Shown: positions 20,353 through 29,052 of the stretch, in pieces | Numbering within the stretch: position 1 is the stretch's first letter | Layout of the letters: each line of letters begins with the position of its first letter | Assembly (NCBI GenBank): GCA_043801445.1 | Contig: JAZDMB010000030.1 | Coordinates: 78,178-142,177 of the forward strand | Source: Planctomycetota bacterium | GTDB taxonomy: Bacteria > Planctomycetota > MHYJ01 > JACQXL01 | Length of the DNA stretch: 64,000 nt | Direction: 5' to 3' | The notes under the pieces: generated by a model | What the model saw: the letters and a program-made list of their open reading frames with translations, nothing else | The model's database searches: none | Told to the model about the DNA's origin: nothing | Translations under genes and position numbers: made by a program

Positions 20353-20802
20353 ATGGCACGAAAACAAGAAAGTCAGATTGATAAACTGGAAATCCTTTTA
20401 GCGAATATTCGCAGAAAAATCCATTCCATACCTACAAAACAGATTGTTTATAAAGATGTAACCTTTGCCCAGTTAAAAGTTATAAGATTTTTGAGCCACA
20501 AAACTAATGCTCCGATGACGGATATCGCCCAGGCGCTAAGTGTTGCCTTACCGACCGCGACCGGGTTGGTTGATAACTTGGTTCATAATGGGTATTTAAA
20601 AAGGTACCATCAAGCAAGTGATCGCCGGTTAGTGCATGTGGCGCTTTCGGTTAAAGGGCGTAAATTGCTCAACGCCATTTCTAAAAGGCAACGTGAGCGA
20701 TTAATAAAAATTAGTGATTCGATGACAAGCGCCGACAGGAAAAGGTTTATAGGAGCGCTTAAAACATTAGATAATCTTTTAGATAAAAGCAGGCAACTAT
20801 GA
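20353..20802 (+). CDS. MarR-family transcriptional regulator
   Basis: ~150 aa with a winged-HTH pattern ('MTDIAQALSVALPTATGLVDNLVHNGYLKRYHQASDRR'). First gene of the efflux operon, 4-nt overlap with the next gene. Confidence 0.7.
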   Translation: MARKQESQIDKLEILLANIRRKIHSIPTKQIVYKDVTFAQLKVIRFLSHKTNAPMTDIAQALSVALPTATGLVDNLVHNGYLKRYHQASDRRLVHVALSVKGRKLLNAISKRQRERLIKISDSMTSADRKRFIGALKTLDNLLDKSRQL

Positions 20803-22190
20803 CGTTATTCAATAGTAAAATATTGTGCATTAGTTATTTGGTCTTCTCCATTATTATGGCCGGTTGTATGTCCACCCATAGGCCGGCCCGAGATTATTAC
20901 TCCAGGTTTATATATGAGGATTCCAAAGATTACTCAAATCTACCCAAGGACCAAAAGACAGCACAACAGGAAATTAACAAAACAGAAGAAATCCAGAAGA
21001 AAGCTGAGTGGAGCCTGCAGGATTGTGTCAACTTGTCACTTATTAACGAAGAGGGATTAAAAATAAAGGGCGAGGCGTATTATCAAACCAAATGGCTTTA
21101 CCGACAGGCGCTTGCCACATGGTTACCCTCGCTAAGCATAGAAGGTTCAGCTACTAATTATGACCCATCAGCGCCCAATAGTTATTATAATAAGCAAGAC
21201 TATTGGTTTAGAATCAGACAGCCCGTCTTTAATGCCGGCAAGGAATTTATCGGCATAGCCAATGCCAAAGAACTGGATGAACTCCGCAAATATGAACTCA
21301 AACAGGGCAGAAACATTTTAATTCTTGTGGTAGCCGATGCTTTTTATCAGATGTTAGGTTTAAGGAATGAACTGAACGCCCTGGAGACACTTCAGGAATA
21401 TACTGAAAACTATGTGGCTATGGTCAAGGCGCGGGAAGAAGCCAGAATCGGCAAACGCAAGGATACGCTTTTAGCCGAGGCATCTCTTTTTGATATCAAG
21501 GCGCGGATTGCCCGCACCGCTAATTTCCTGAATAATGCCCGTCTGAACCTGCAGATACTGGTGGGTGTGCCGTTAACACAAAATTTCGTTGACACGCTCT
21601 CCGTGCCCGAGATACCGGTGTATAGTAATGAAGTCTTATCTAAGGTAATGGACAACAGGGATGAAATCAGAATAGCTCAACAGCAAATCAAACTGGCTAA
21701 AGCAGAAGTAGACTTAGCCAAAGCAAATTATCTGCCCCAGGTTAATCTGGATTGGAACAAGTATATGCACAACGACCGCAGTTCCGTTTCGGGACTCGAC
21801 TGGGCTTTAATTCTGTCTGCTTCAATACCGATTGATAACGGCGGCAGATATGCCAAATTAAAGGAAGTGTATTCCAAGCTCCGACAAGCCTCTCTGGCAA
21901 AGGAAAAGATGGTTAAGACTATTGAGAGTGACGTGGAGAAGGCATACGGTGATTTGCAATCCATTAAAGCTGATTTAGAGGCGCGGGAAAAAGAGCTTGC
22001 CGCAGCTAAAGAAACCGCTGATATCGTATTAGAGGAATACAAAGTCGGCGCAGCAACTAATGTGGAAGTCCTGTTTACTAAAAATATCTATGAGCAGGCT
22101 AAGGTATCACTGGAAAAATCTAAAATAGACTTGAAAATATCATATTTGAAATTAAAATTTGCCGTAGGTGAATTACCTGAAGAATTTTAA
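20799..22190 (+). CDS. TolC-like outer membrane efflux protein
   Basis: Signal/lipobox 'IIMAGCMS'. ~460 aa with two coiled-coil/beta repeats typical of OEP family proteins. Operon position before MFP and RND genes. Confidence 0.7.
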   Translation: MTLFNSKILCISYLVFSIIMAGCMSTHRPARDYYSRFIYEDSKDYSNLPKDQKTAQQEINKTEEIQKKAEWSLQDCVNLSLINEEGLKIKGEAYYQTKWLYRQALATWLPSLSIEGSATNYDPSAPNSYYNKQDYWFRIRQPVFNAGKEFIGIANAKELDELRKYELKQGRNILILVVADAFYQMLGLRNELNALETLQEYTENYVAMVKAREEARIGKRKDTLLAEASLFDIKARIARTANFLNNARLNLQILVGVPLTQNFVDTLSVPEIPVYSNEVLSKVMDNRDEIRIAQQQIKLAKAEVDLAKANYLPQVNLDWNKYMHNDRSSVSGLDWALILSASIPIDNGGRYAKLKEVYSKLRQASLAKEKMVKTIESDVEKAYGDLQSIKADLEAREKELAAAKETADIVLEEYKVGAATNVEVLFTKNIYEQAKVSLEKSKIDLKISYLKLKFAVGELPEEF

Positions 22191-22204
22191 TAGGAGGTAA
22201 ATCA

Positions 22205-23362
22205 ATGATGAAATCTAAATTTCTTGCGCCGGTTTTATTCCTACTTCTGTTTATGGCGCTATTGCCGGCGTGCTCCAAGCAGAAACCGGTTAAAAATAAA
22301 ACAGCACAAATAGCTAAGGTTACTGTGGCGCAACCCAAAGTCGAAAGGATTGAAAGGATAATTTCTGCAGTGGGCTCTTTGGAACCGGAAGATCAGGTCC
22401 AGTTAACAACCGAGGTATCCGGAATCATTAGCGAAATTAAGTTTGAAGAGGGACAGGAGCTCAATCAAGGCGATGCCATGGCAATATTAGACCCGGCGAG
22501 CTTTAAATTAAATGTGGAAAATTCACAGGCATTACTGGAGCGGGCTAAGACAAATCTGGCGCTGGCTGATGCCAATTACAAGCGCAAGAAAGACCTTTAC
22601 GAGAAGAAATTCATCACCGAGCAGGAACTGCAGGAATTAACTAATGCGCTGGATAAAGCCAAAGCCGAATACACCAGCGCTCTGGTGGCTTGCGACATCG
22701 CGCAAAAAGCGCTTCAGGACTCGGTCATCAAGGCCCCGTTTGACGTAAATAATAAAAACTATACCTGGGCGGTACAACAAAAGATGATATCTATCGGTGA
22801 ATTTATCAGTCCGGGAAAACCGATTGCCGAATTAGTCAACCGAACCACGCTAAAACTGCGTTTCACAGTGCCGGAGCAGGATGCGTTACATCTGACAATG
22901 GATAAACCGGTAAAATTTACCGTGCCGGCATTGCCGAACAGGGAGTTTGATGCTAAAATATTTTACATCAGCCCCAGTGCCGTAGAAAATATTCGCTCGG
23001 TCATTATCAAAGCGCGGCTTAATAATACTGAGCGATTATTAAGACCCGGCTATTCGGCAAATGTCCGCCTGATTGCCGAAATTAAAGAAAAAGCCATTGT
23101 CATACCCAGACGCTCCTTACGCTATGATGTAAATAAATCCTATGTTCTGGTTGTTAATTCTGGCGTATTAAACAGAAAGACGGTTACCCTGGGAGTCGAG
23201 AAAGAGGATTATGTGGAAATCGTCGCGGGAATCAACCCAACCGATTTGATAGTAGTCCGCTCAAGTTCATTTTTAGATGATGGCTCAGAAGTAGAAATAG
23301 TTGAAGACGCTCCTATCGGCGGAACTGCCCCAAAGGACACTTCAACTAATGAAAGAAAATAA
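22205..23362 (+). CDS. RND efflux membrane fusion protein (HlyD/AcrA family)
   Basis: Lipoprotein signal 'LLPACSK'. Biotinyl/lipoyl-like hairpin and coiled-coil segments. Immediately precedes the RND pump. Confidence 0.75.
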   Translation: MMKSKFLAPVLFLLLFMALLPACSKQKPVKNKTAQIAKVTVAQPKVERIERIISAVGSLEPEDQVQLTTEVSGIISEIKFEEGQELNQGDAMAILDPASFKLNVENSQALLERAKTNLALADANYKRKKDLYEKKFITEQELQELTNALDKAKAEYTSALVACDIAQKALQDSVIKAPFDVNNKNYTWAVQQKMISIGEFISPGKPIAELVNRTTLKLRFTVPEQDALHLTMDKPVKFTVPALPNREFDAKIFYISPSAVENIRSVIIKARLNNTERLLRPGYSANVRLIAEIKEKAIVIPRRSLRYDVNKSYVLVVNSGVLNRKTVTLGVEKEDYVEIVAGINPTDLIVVRSSSFLDDGSEVEIVEDAPIGGTAPKDTSTNERK

Positions 23363-23364
23363 TT

Positions 23365-26300
23365 ATGTGGCTTTCTGATACCGCAATAAAAAGGCCGGTT
23401 ACCACTATAATGGTTATCTCGGCTCTTCTTATTTTCGGGATAATCGGTTTTACCAGATTAGGCATTTCACTGATGCCCAATATTCAATTCCCGATGGTAA
23501 CCGTATCCACCCACTGGTTGAATTCCACGCCGGAACAGATAGAAATGAACATTACCAAGCCGATTGAGGACCGTATCGGAGAAGTTGAAGGCGTTAAACA
23601 CATTTCTTCATCAAGCCAGCGCGGCGACTCGCGCATTACCGTAGAATTCGAGCTATATAGGGAGATTGAAAGCGCGGCACAGGACGTCCGTGATGCAGTG
23701 GCCAGGGCAACAAGAGCCTTGCCTAATGATGCCGACCCGCCGGTTATTACCAAGGTAGATATAAATGCCCAACCCATTATGCAGCTGGTGGTATATGGTG
23801 ATTTGCCGGTGGCGGATATCCGCGAGTTCACCGAGGATACCATTACACCGCGCATCCAGCAAAAACCCGGTGTCGGCGCCGTGCAGGTCCGCGGAGGCAG
23901 AACAAAAGAAGTTCGGATTTGGCTCTACCGAGACAAACTAAAACAGTATGGGCTGACGATTCAGGACGTTACGCTGGCGCTCCGGACTCAGAATCTGGAA
24001 GTACCCGGAGGCAAAGTAGAAAACCAAATTCAAGAGCTGGTAATCAACACCAAAGGCAGGATTGATCATCCCTATCGCTTTAATGATGTGATTCTGGCAT
24101 ACCGGGACGGGACTCCGATAAAAATCCGTAATATAGGATATGCGGAAGACGGTTTAAACGATATGGATTCCATCGTCAGATTTATAGATTCAGCCGGAAC
24201 GGAACGTTTAAGCGTCGGTGTTGCCGTTTCACCGCAATCCGGAGCGAACCAGGTAGCTATAGCCAAGGCAATCCGACAAGAAGTAGAAAATATCAGGAAA
24301 ATTCTGCCGCCCGGCATATATATTGAGATTGCTTTTGATAATTCTGTTTTTATCGAACGGGCAATAAAAGACGTAGAAAGCAATCTTATTCTCGGCGCTA
24401 TTTTGGCTTCATTGGTAATTCTTTTATTCCTCCAGAATATCGGCACGGCGATTATCAGCTCTTTAGCCATTCCGACATCTATTATATCAACCTTTGCCTT
24501 TATGCATTTTATGGGTTTTACGCTGAATACCCTGACGATGCTGGGTTTGGCTTTAGCGGTCGGTATTGTGATTGACGATGCTATTATTATCGTGGAAAAT
24601 ATATATCGTCATAAAGAAAGCGGCAAGAATATATTGGAAGCCGCCAAGGATGGCGCCAGCGAAATCAGTTTCGCGGCTATGGCCGCCACCTTTGCGCTGT
24701 TAGCTGTCTTTCTGCCCGTTACTTTCATGTCCGGATTGGTTGGCAGATTCTTTTTTGAATTCGGATTAACTGTCGCATTCTCCATACTTATTTCTCTCCT
24801 TGTCGCGCTGACCCTGACACCGATGCTCGCTTCAAGATTCCTCCACGTCGGCATACCTCATTTCTTCATATTTAGATGGTTTGAATCTTTGATGAAACTA
24901 TTACACAAATTATATGAAAGTATTATAGGCTGGACATTGAAATACAGCCTGACTACGATATCTATTGCGATAGTCCTCTTCCTGGCCAGTTTATATTTAG
25001 TCCAGACACTGGGTATGGAATTTAATCCGCAGGAAGACCAGTCGCGCTTTAGGATACGGCTTGAGACCCCGATAGATTACTCTATTGAAGCCACAGACCG
25101 CGTGACCCAAAAAGTAATCGCTATTGTCAAGAATGTTCCGGAAGTGAATATTTTCCTTGCGTATGTCGATGTTAATTCAGGTTCTATTAATGTAACGCTT
25201 AAGGATAGAAGCCAGCGAACCAAAACACAATTTGAATTAATGGCTGAATTAAGACGAAAACTTTCTCAAATGCCTGATTTATTTGTTTCGGTCTCACCAG
25301 CCGGCGGATTTCAAGGCATGGGCGGCGGGCGCAGCGGAGATATGCAATATATTATTCAAGGGCCTGATATTAATGTGCTTGACATCAAATCAAACGAGAT
25401 TCTCGCGGAATTGAAAAAGATAAACGGCATGGTGGATGTAGACCGTGATTTGCGCATCGGCAAACCGGAACTGGATATTAAGATTGACCGTGAACGGGCG
25501 GCTGATATGGGCGTCTCAGTTGCCGATATATCAAATGTCATCGGCTCAACCTTCGGCGGGCTGGAAGTAGGTGATTACACTGCGCACGGCCGGACATATA
25601 AGGTGCGGGTTAAAGCCGTTGCTAATGAACGCAAAATCGCCAATGACATTTCGGATATAAGCATCCGTTCCAAAACCGGTGAGATAGTGGAACTTGCAAG
25701 CTTAATAGAAATAAAGCCGTCCATAGGGCCCAATACAATAAACAGAACCGACAGGGAACGTTCTGTTACAATCGTGGCAAATTTAGACGGCATCCCTTTG
25801 GGAGAAGGTATTACCAAACTGGAAGAAATATCCAAAAGAATACTGCCACCCGGATATTATGGCAGGAGGTCAGGTCAAACCGAAATATTCGGCGAGACCT
25901 TTTATAATATTGCTTTCGCATTGATTCTGGCGCTTATTTTCAGTTATATGATACTGGCGGCGCAATTTGAAAACTTCATACATCCTTTTTCTATCACGCT
26001 CTCGTTGCCTCTGGCGATTGTTGGCGCACTCGGGTTCCTCTGGATGGGAGCTTCTTTCACCAACCTGAGGGGAATGACCATAAATATGATGTTCTTAATA
26101 GGCGTAATATTGCTGGTTGGGCTTGCCAAGAAAAATGCCATCCTACTGATTGATTATACTAACCAATTACGCCGGAGCGGATTGGAACGTGACGAAGCAT
26201 TGCAAAAAGCCTGCCCGGTTCGTTTAAGACCGATTCTTATGATATCCATTGCAACTATCGCCGCCACCATCCCGGTGCTTTTCGGTCTGGGTGAAGGTTC

Positions 26301-26436
26301 AGAAAGTCGAAGACCTATGGCAATAGCCATATTCGGAGGAATGATAACTTCGACGTTACTGACATTAATTGTAATACCGGCTGTTTATCGGGTCTTTGAT
26401 ATCGTACTCAATAAACTACGCAAGTCATCAGGTTAA
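23365..26436 (+). CDS. RND family efflux transporter (AcrB/HAE1-like)
   Basis: 1023 aa with 12 TM helices in a 1+5/1+5 arrangement. Conserved 'AIGIVIDDAIIIVENI' TM4 motif (GxxVDDAIVVVEN). Confidence 0.85.
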   Translation: MWLSDTAIKRPVTTIMVISALLIFGIIGFTRLGISLMPNIQFPMVTVSTHWLNSTPEQIEMNITKPIEDRIGEVEGVKHISSSSQRGDSRITVEFELYREIESAAQDVRDAVARATRALPNDADPPVITKVDINAQPIMQLVVYGDLPVADIREFTEDTITPRIQQKPGVGAVQVRGGRTKEVRIWLYRDKLKQYGLTIQDVTLALRTQNLEVPGGKVENQIQELVINTKGRIDHPYRFNDVILAYRDGTPIKIRNIGYAEDGLNDMDSIVRFIDSAGTERLSVGVAVSPQSGANQVAIAKAIRQEVENIRKILPPGIYIEIAFDNSVFIERAIKDVESNLILGAILASLVILLFLQNIGTAIISSLAIPTSIISTFAFMHFMGFTLNTLTMLGLALAVGIVIDDAIIIVENIYRHKESGKNILEAAKDGASEISFAAMAATFALLAVFLPVTFMSGLVGRFFFEFGLTVAFSILISLLVALTLTPMLASRFLHVGIPHFFIFRWFESLMKLLHKLYESIIGWTLKYSLTTISIAIVLFLASLYLVQTLGMEFNPQEDQSRFRIRLETPIDYSIEATDRVTQKVIAIVKNVPEVNIFLAYVDVNSGSINVTLKDRSQRTKTQFELMAELRRKLSQMPDLFVSVSPAGGFQGMGGGRSGDMQYIIQGPDINVLDIKSNEILAELKKINGMVDVDRDLRIGKPELDIKIDRERAADMGVSVADISNVIGSTFGGLEVGDYTAHGRTYKVRVKAVANERKIANDISDISIRSKTGEIVELASLIEIKPSIGPNTINRTDRERSVTIVANLDGIPLGEGITKLEEISKRILPPGYYGRRSGQTEIFGETFYNIAFALILALIFSYMILAAQFENFIHPFSITLSLPLAIVGALGFLWMGASFTNLRGMTINMMFLIGVILLVGLAKKNAILLIDYTNQLRRSGLERDEALQKACPVRLRPILMISIATIAATIPVLFGLGEGSESRRPMAIAIFGGMITSTLLTLIVIPAVYRVFDIVLNKLRKSSG

Positions 26437-26504
26437 AGTATTATCTGTCGCCACGGTCCAGAATATAAACTTCTGAACTATGCATCTGTACGTCAAGAGC
26501 AGGG

Positions 26505-26690
26505 TGAATAATTTAAGATTGTTGCCAAAAATAACAATTTCACCCTGAACAAAATAACAAATCTTAAAGCTGTGCTTGATAACCTACCTAAGGTAAATTG
26601 TGATTCTTAGCTAAGTTTATTAAGTTTTCAGCGGGGCTCGAATAACACCGTTAATGAATTTCTAAACGGTCTCATATTGGATAAAGTTTT
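26505..26690 (+). ncRNA. conserved structured element (copy 1) in the cysS 5' leader region; second copy at 53745-53905
   Basis: Shares blocks with 53745-53905: 'agattgttg...caatttcaccctgaac', 'ctgtgcttg', 'acaccgtt...aacggtctcatatt'. Two hairpins are conserved with compensatory changes (attgtt-N9-aacaat vs attgttgac-ttt-gtcaacaat; accgtta-N-taaacggt vs accgttgaaa-N-tttcaacggt). Confidence 0.45.
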
Positions 26691-26742
26691 TTTGTTTTAC
26701 GCTTGACAGATAATAATATTATTTGATATGGTTTGTAGCACT

Positions 26743-28179
26743 ATGCCTTTATATCTTTACAATACCTACTCTAAACAAAAAGAGGAATTTAAACCGATAG
26801 AACCGAGTAAGGTGCAAATTTATTCCTGCGGTCCAACGGTTTATAGCCATCCTCATATCGGTAATTTTCGTTCATTTATCGCCGCTGATATTTTATGCAG
26901 GTATTTACGTTACAAGGGTTATGAAGTTACCCAGGTAATGAATATAACTGATGTCGGTCATCTGACCACTGATGACAACCTATCGGCTGATGCTGAGGGT
27001 GTTGATAAGATTCAGTTAGCAGCCCAATCTGAAATGAAGACGCCAAAAGAAATTACAGAGTTTTATGCTAATAAGTTTTTTGAATTAGTTAAAACATTGA
27101 ATCTACATCCAGCCAATCATTATCCTAAGGCAACTGACCATATCCCCGAAATGATTGAAATGGTGAAAAAATTATTAGAAAAGAATTGTGCCTATGAGGT
27201 TGACGGTAATGTTTATTATGATATTAGCCGTTTTGAGAAATACGGTAAACTTTCAGGTAATACGCTGGAAAATTTGAGGGCCGGGGTAAGGGTTGAGGTT
27301 AAGAGTGATAAAAGAAACCCGATGGATTTTGCATTATGGAAACAAGACCCGAAACATCTGATGCAATGGGATAGTCCATGGGGCAGGGGATTTCCGGGCT
27401 GGCATATTGAATGTTCGGCTATGTCATTAAAATATCTGGAAGATAATATCGATATTCATACAGGTGGCGAGGATAATATCTTCCCACATCACGAATGTGA
27501 GATTGCCCAATCAGATGCTTTTACAGGGAAACAGGTTGTTCAACATTGGTTCCATACAAGACACCTTTTAGTGGATAATCAGAAGATGTCAAAATCTCTG
27601 GGTAATTTCTATACTGTAGATGATATTTTAAAGCAGGGATATCATCCACTGGTCTTGAGATATGCCTTGATGAGCAGTCACTATCGCCAGCAGATAAATT
27701 TCAATATGGAATTATTGAAATCAGCGCACGGTGCAATCGAAAGACTCAGAAATTTCAAAATAATGATAGATAATAATATTAAAATTAATGAACCAATTCA
27801 CGGAACTCTTAAAATCAATAATCTATTAATTAAGGTAAAAAAATCATTTGAGGAATCACTTGATGATGACCTTAATATTTCCGAAGCACTCGGGGTTATA
27901 TTTGATTTCGTAACAGAGGTAAATAAGTTACCAATTTCCTTTAGTGATGCGGCAAATATAAAACAACTTATGAATGATTTCGATAAGGTATTGGGTATAT
28001 TAGAAATAGAAAAAACTGAAAGTCTTGATGATGAAATAACAAAACTGATTAATGAGAGAGAAGATGCACGAAAAAGAAAAGATTTTAAGCGTGCTGATGA
28101 AATAAGAGATATTCTATATAAGAAAAGAATTATTTTGGAAGATAATCTAAATGGTACAAGGTGGAAAAGAGTATTATAA
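26743..28179 (+). CDS. cysS: cysteine--tRNA ligase
   Basis: Class I aaRS motifs 'HIGNFRSF' (HIGH) and 'KMSKSLGN' (KMSKS). 'CGPTVYSHPHIGN' N-terminus typical of CysRS. Confidence 0.9.
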   Translation: MPLYLYNTYSKQKEEFKPIEPSKVQIYSCGPTVYSHPHIGNFRSFIAADILCRYLRYKGYEVTQVMNITDVGHLTTDDNLSADAEGVDKIQLAAQSEMKTPKEITEFYANKFFELVKTLNLHPANHYPKATDHIPEMIEMVKKLLEKNCAYEVDGNVYYDISRFEKYGKLSGNTLENLRAGVRVEVKSDKRNPMDFALWKQDPKHLMQWDSPWGRGFPGWHIECSAMSLKYLEDNIDIHTGGEDNIFPHHECEIAQSDAFTGKQVVQHWFHTRHLLVDNQKMSKSLGNFYTVDDILKQGYHPLVLRYALMSSHYRQQINFNMELLKSAHGAIERLRNFKIMIDNNIKINEPIHGTLKINNLLIKVKKSFEESLDDDLNISEALGVIFDFVTEVNKLPISFSDAANIKQLMNDFDKVLGILEIEKTESLDDEITKLINEREDARKRKDFKRADEIRDILYKKRIILEDNLNGTRWKRVL

Positions 28180-29052
28180 TTGAATAATCTTGTCAATGAC
28201 TGTTTGAAGAACAGAATCGGGGGTGGATGTACCAGTGGTAATCCCGATAGAGTGGTATTTTTTTAATGTGCGTAGCGGTAATTCTGATACTGATGCCACC
28301 TGAAATGCGGGAATTTTCAGGGAACGAACCAGAAGGGCGAGATTAGTTGTATTGGCGCTTTTATGGTCACCGACCACCACAAAAGCATCAACTTGTTTAG
28401 CCAATTCTTTGACTTCAAGTTGACGCCGGGCCGGCGCATGGCAAATCGTATTTAGAATAATCAGTTCATTATCTTTTGAAAGAGTTAATCGTAAAGTATC
28501 TACGATGTCCTCATAAAGTTGCGGTTGGAAAGTGCTTTGTGCCAGAATGCATATTTTCTTCTTTAATAATCTCGGTTTTGAATTTATGAACTTAACAACT
28601 TCCGGCGGAGAACTTATTACTATGGTATGATAATGATACCGACTATTACGAGCATATCCGACTAAACTTATCACTTCGGCATGTTTTTTGTCACCAACAA
28701 TGATTATCTGATAACCTTTATCAGCATATTGCTGAACCATTTTCTGCGATTTCTTGACGTGCGGACAGGTCGCATCTATTATCTTGAAACCTTTTAAGGT
28801 AAGTTTAGCACGAACCAGAGGCGGAATTCCATGAGCCCGAATTACCAAAGCATTTTTTCTAGAAGACTTCATTTTATCAGATGGTAACGGTTCTATACCT
28901 TTGGTCTTGAGCATCTGTACCACATCTTTGTTATGAATCAAAGGTCCGTAGGTATATATCTTACGTGAAGAAGACGAACTTTTAATGGCCAAATCCAAAG
29001 CACGTCTGACACCCCAGCAGAAACCTACATTATTTGTTAATTTGATGTTCAT
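28174..29052 (-). CDS. ispH: 4-hydroxy-3-methylbut-2-enyl diphosphate reductase
   Basis: 'MNIKLTNNVGFCWGVRRALDLA' (IspH GFCxGVxRA N-terminus). ~290 aa with three conserved Cys (C12, C96-like, CHAP). 6-bp convergent overlap with the cysS 3' end. Confidence 0.85.
   Translation of the reverse strand: MNIKLTNNVGFCWGVRRALDLAIKSSSSSRKIYTYGPLIHNKDVVQMLKTKGIEPLPSDKMKSSRKNALVIRAHGIPPLVRAKLTLKGFKIIDATCPHVKKSQKMVQQYADKGYQIIIVGDKKHAEVISLVGYARNSRYHYHTIVISSPPEVVKFINSKPRLLKKKICILAQSTFQPQLYEDIVDTLRLTLSKDNELIILNTICHAPARRQLEVKELAKQVDAFVVVGDHKSANTTNLALLVRSLKIPAFQVASVSELPLRTLKKYHSIGITTGTSTPDSVLQTVIDKIIQL

Noticed and set aside
26505-26690. T-box riboswitch leader for cysS
   Set aside because: No recognisable T-box consensus (AATTAGGGTGGTACCGCG) and no specifier-loop architecture. 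A near-identical structured copy at 53745-53905 is not upstream of any aaRS gene.
28174-28179. 6-bp convergent overlap of cysS and ispH 3' ends
   Set aside because: Convergent stop-codon overlaps are common in compact genomes and carry no special significance here.
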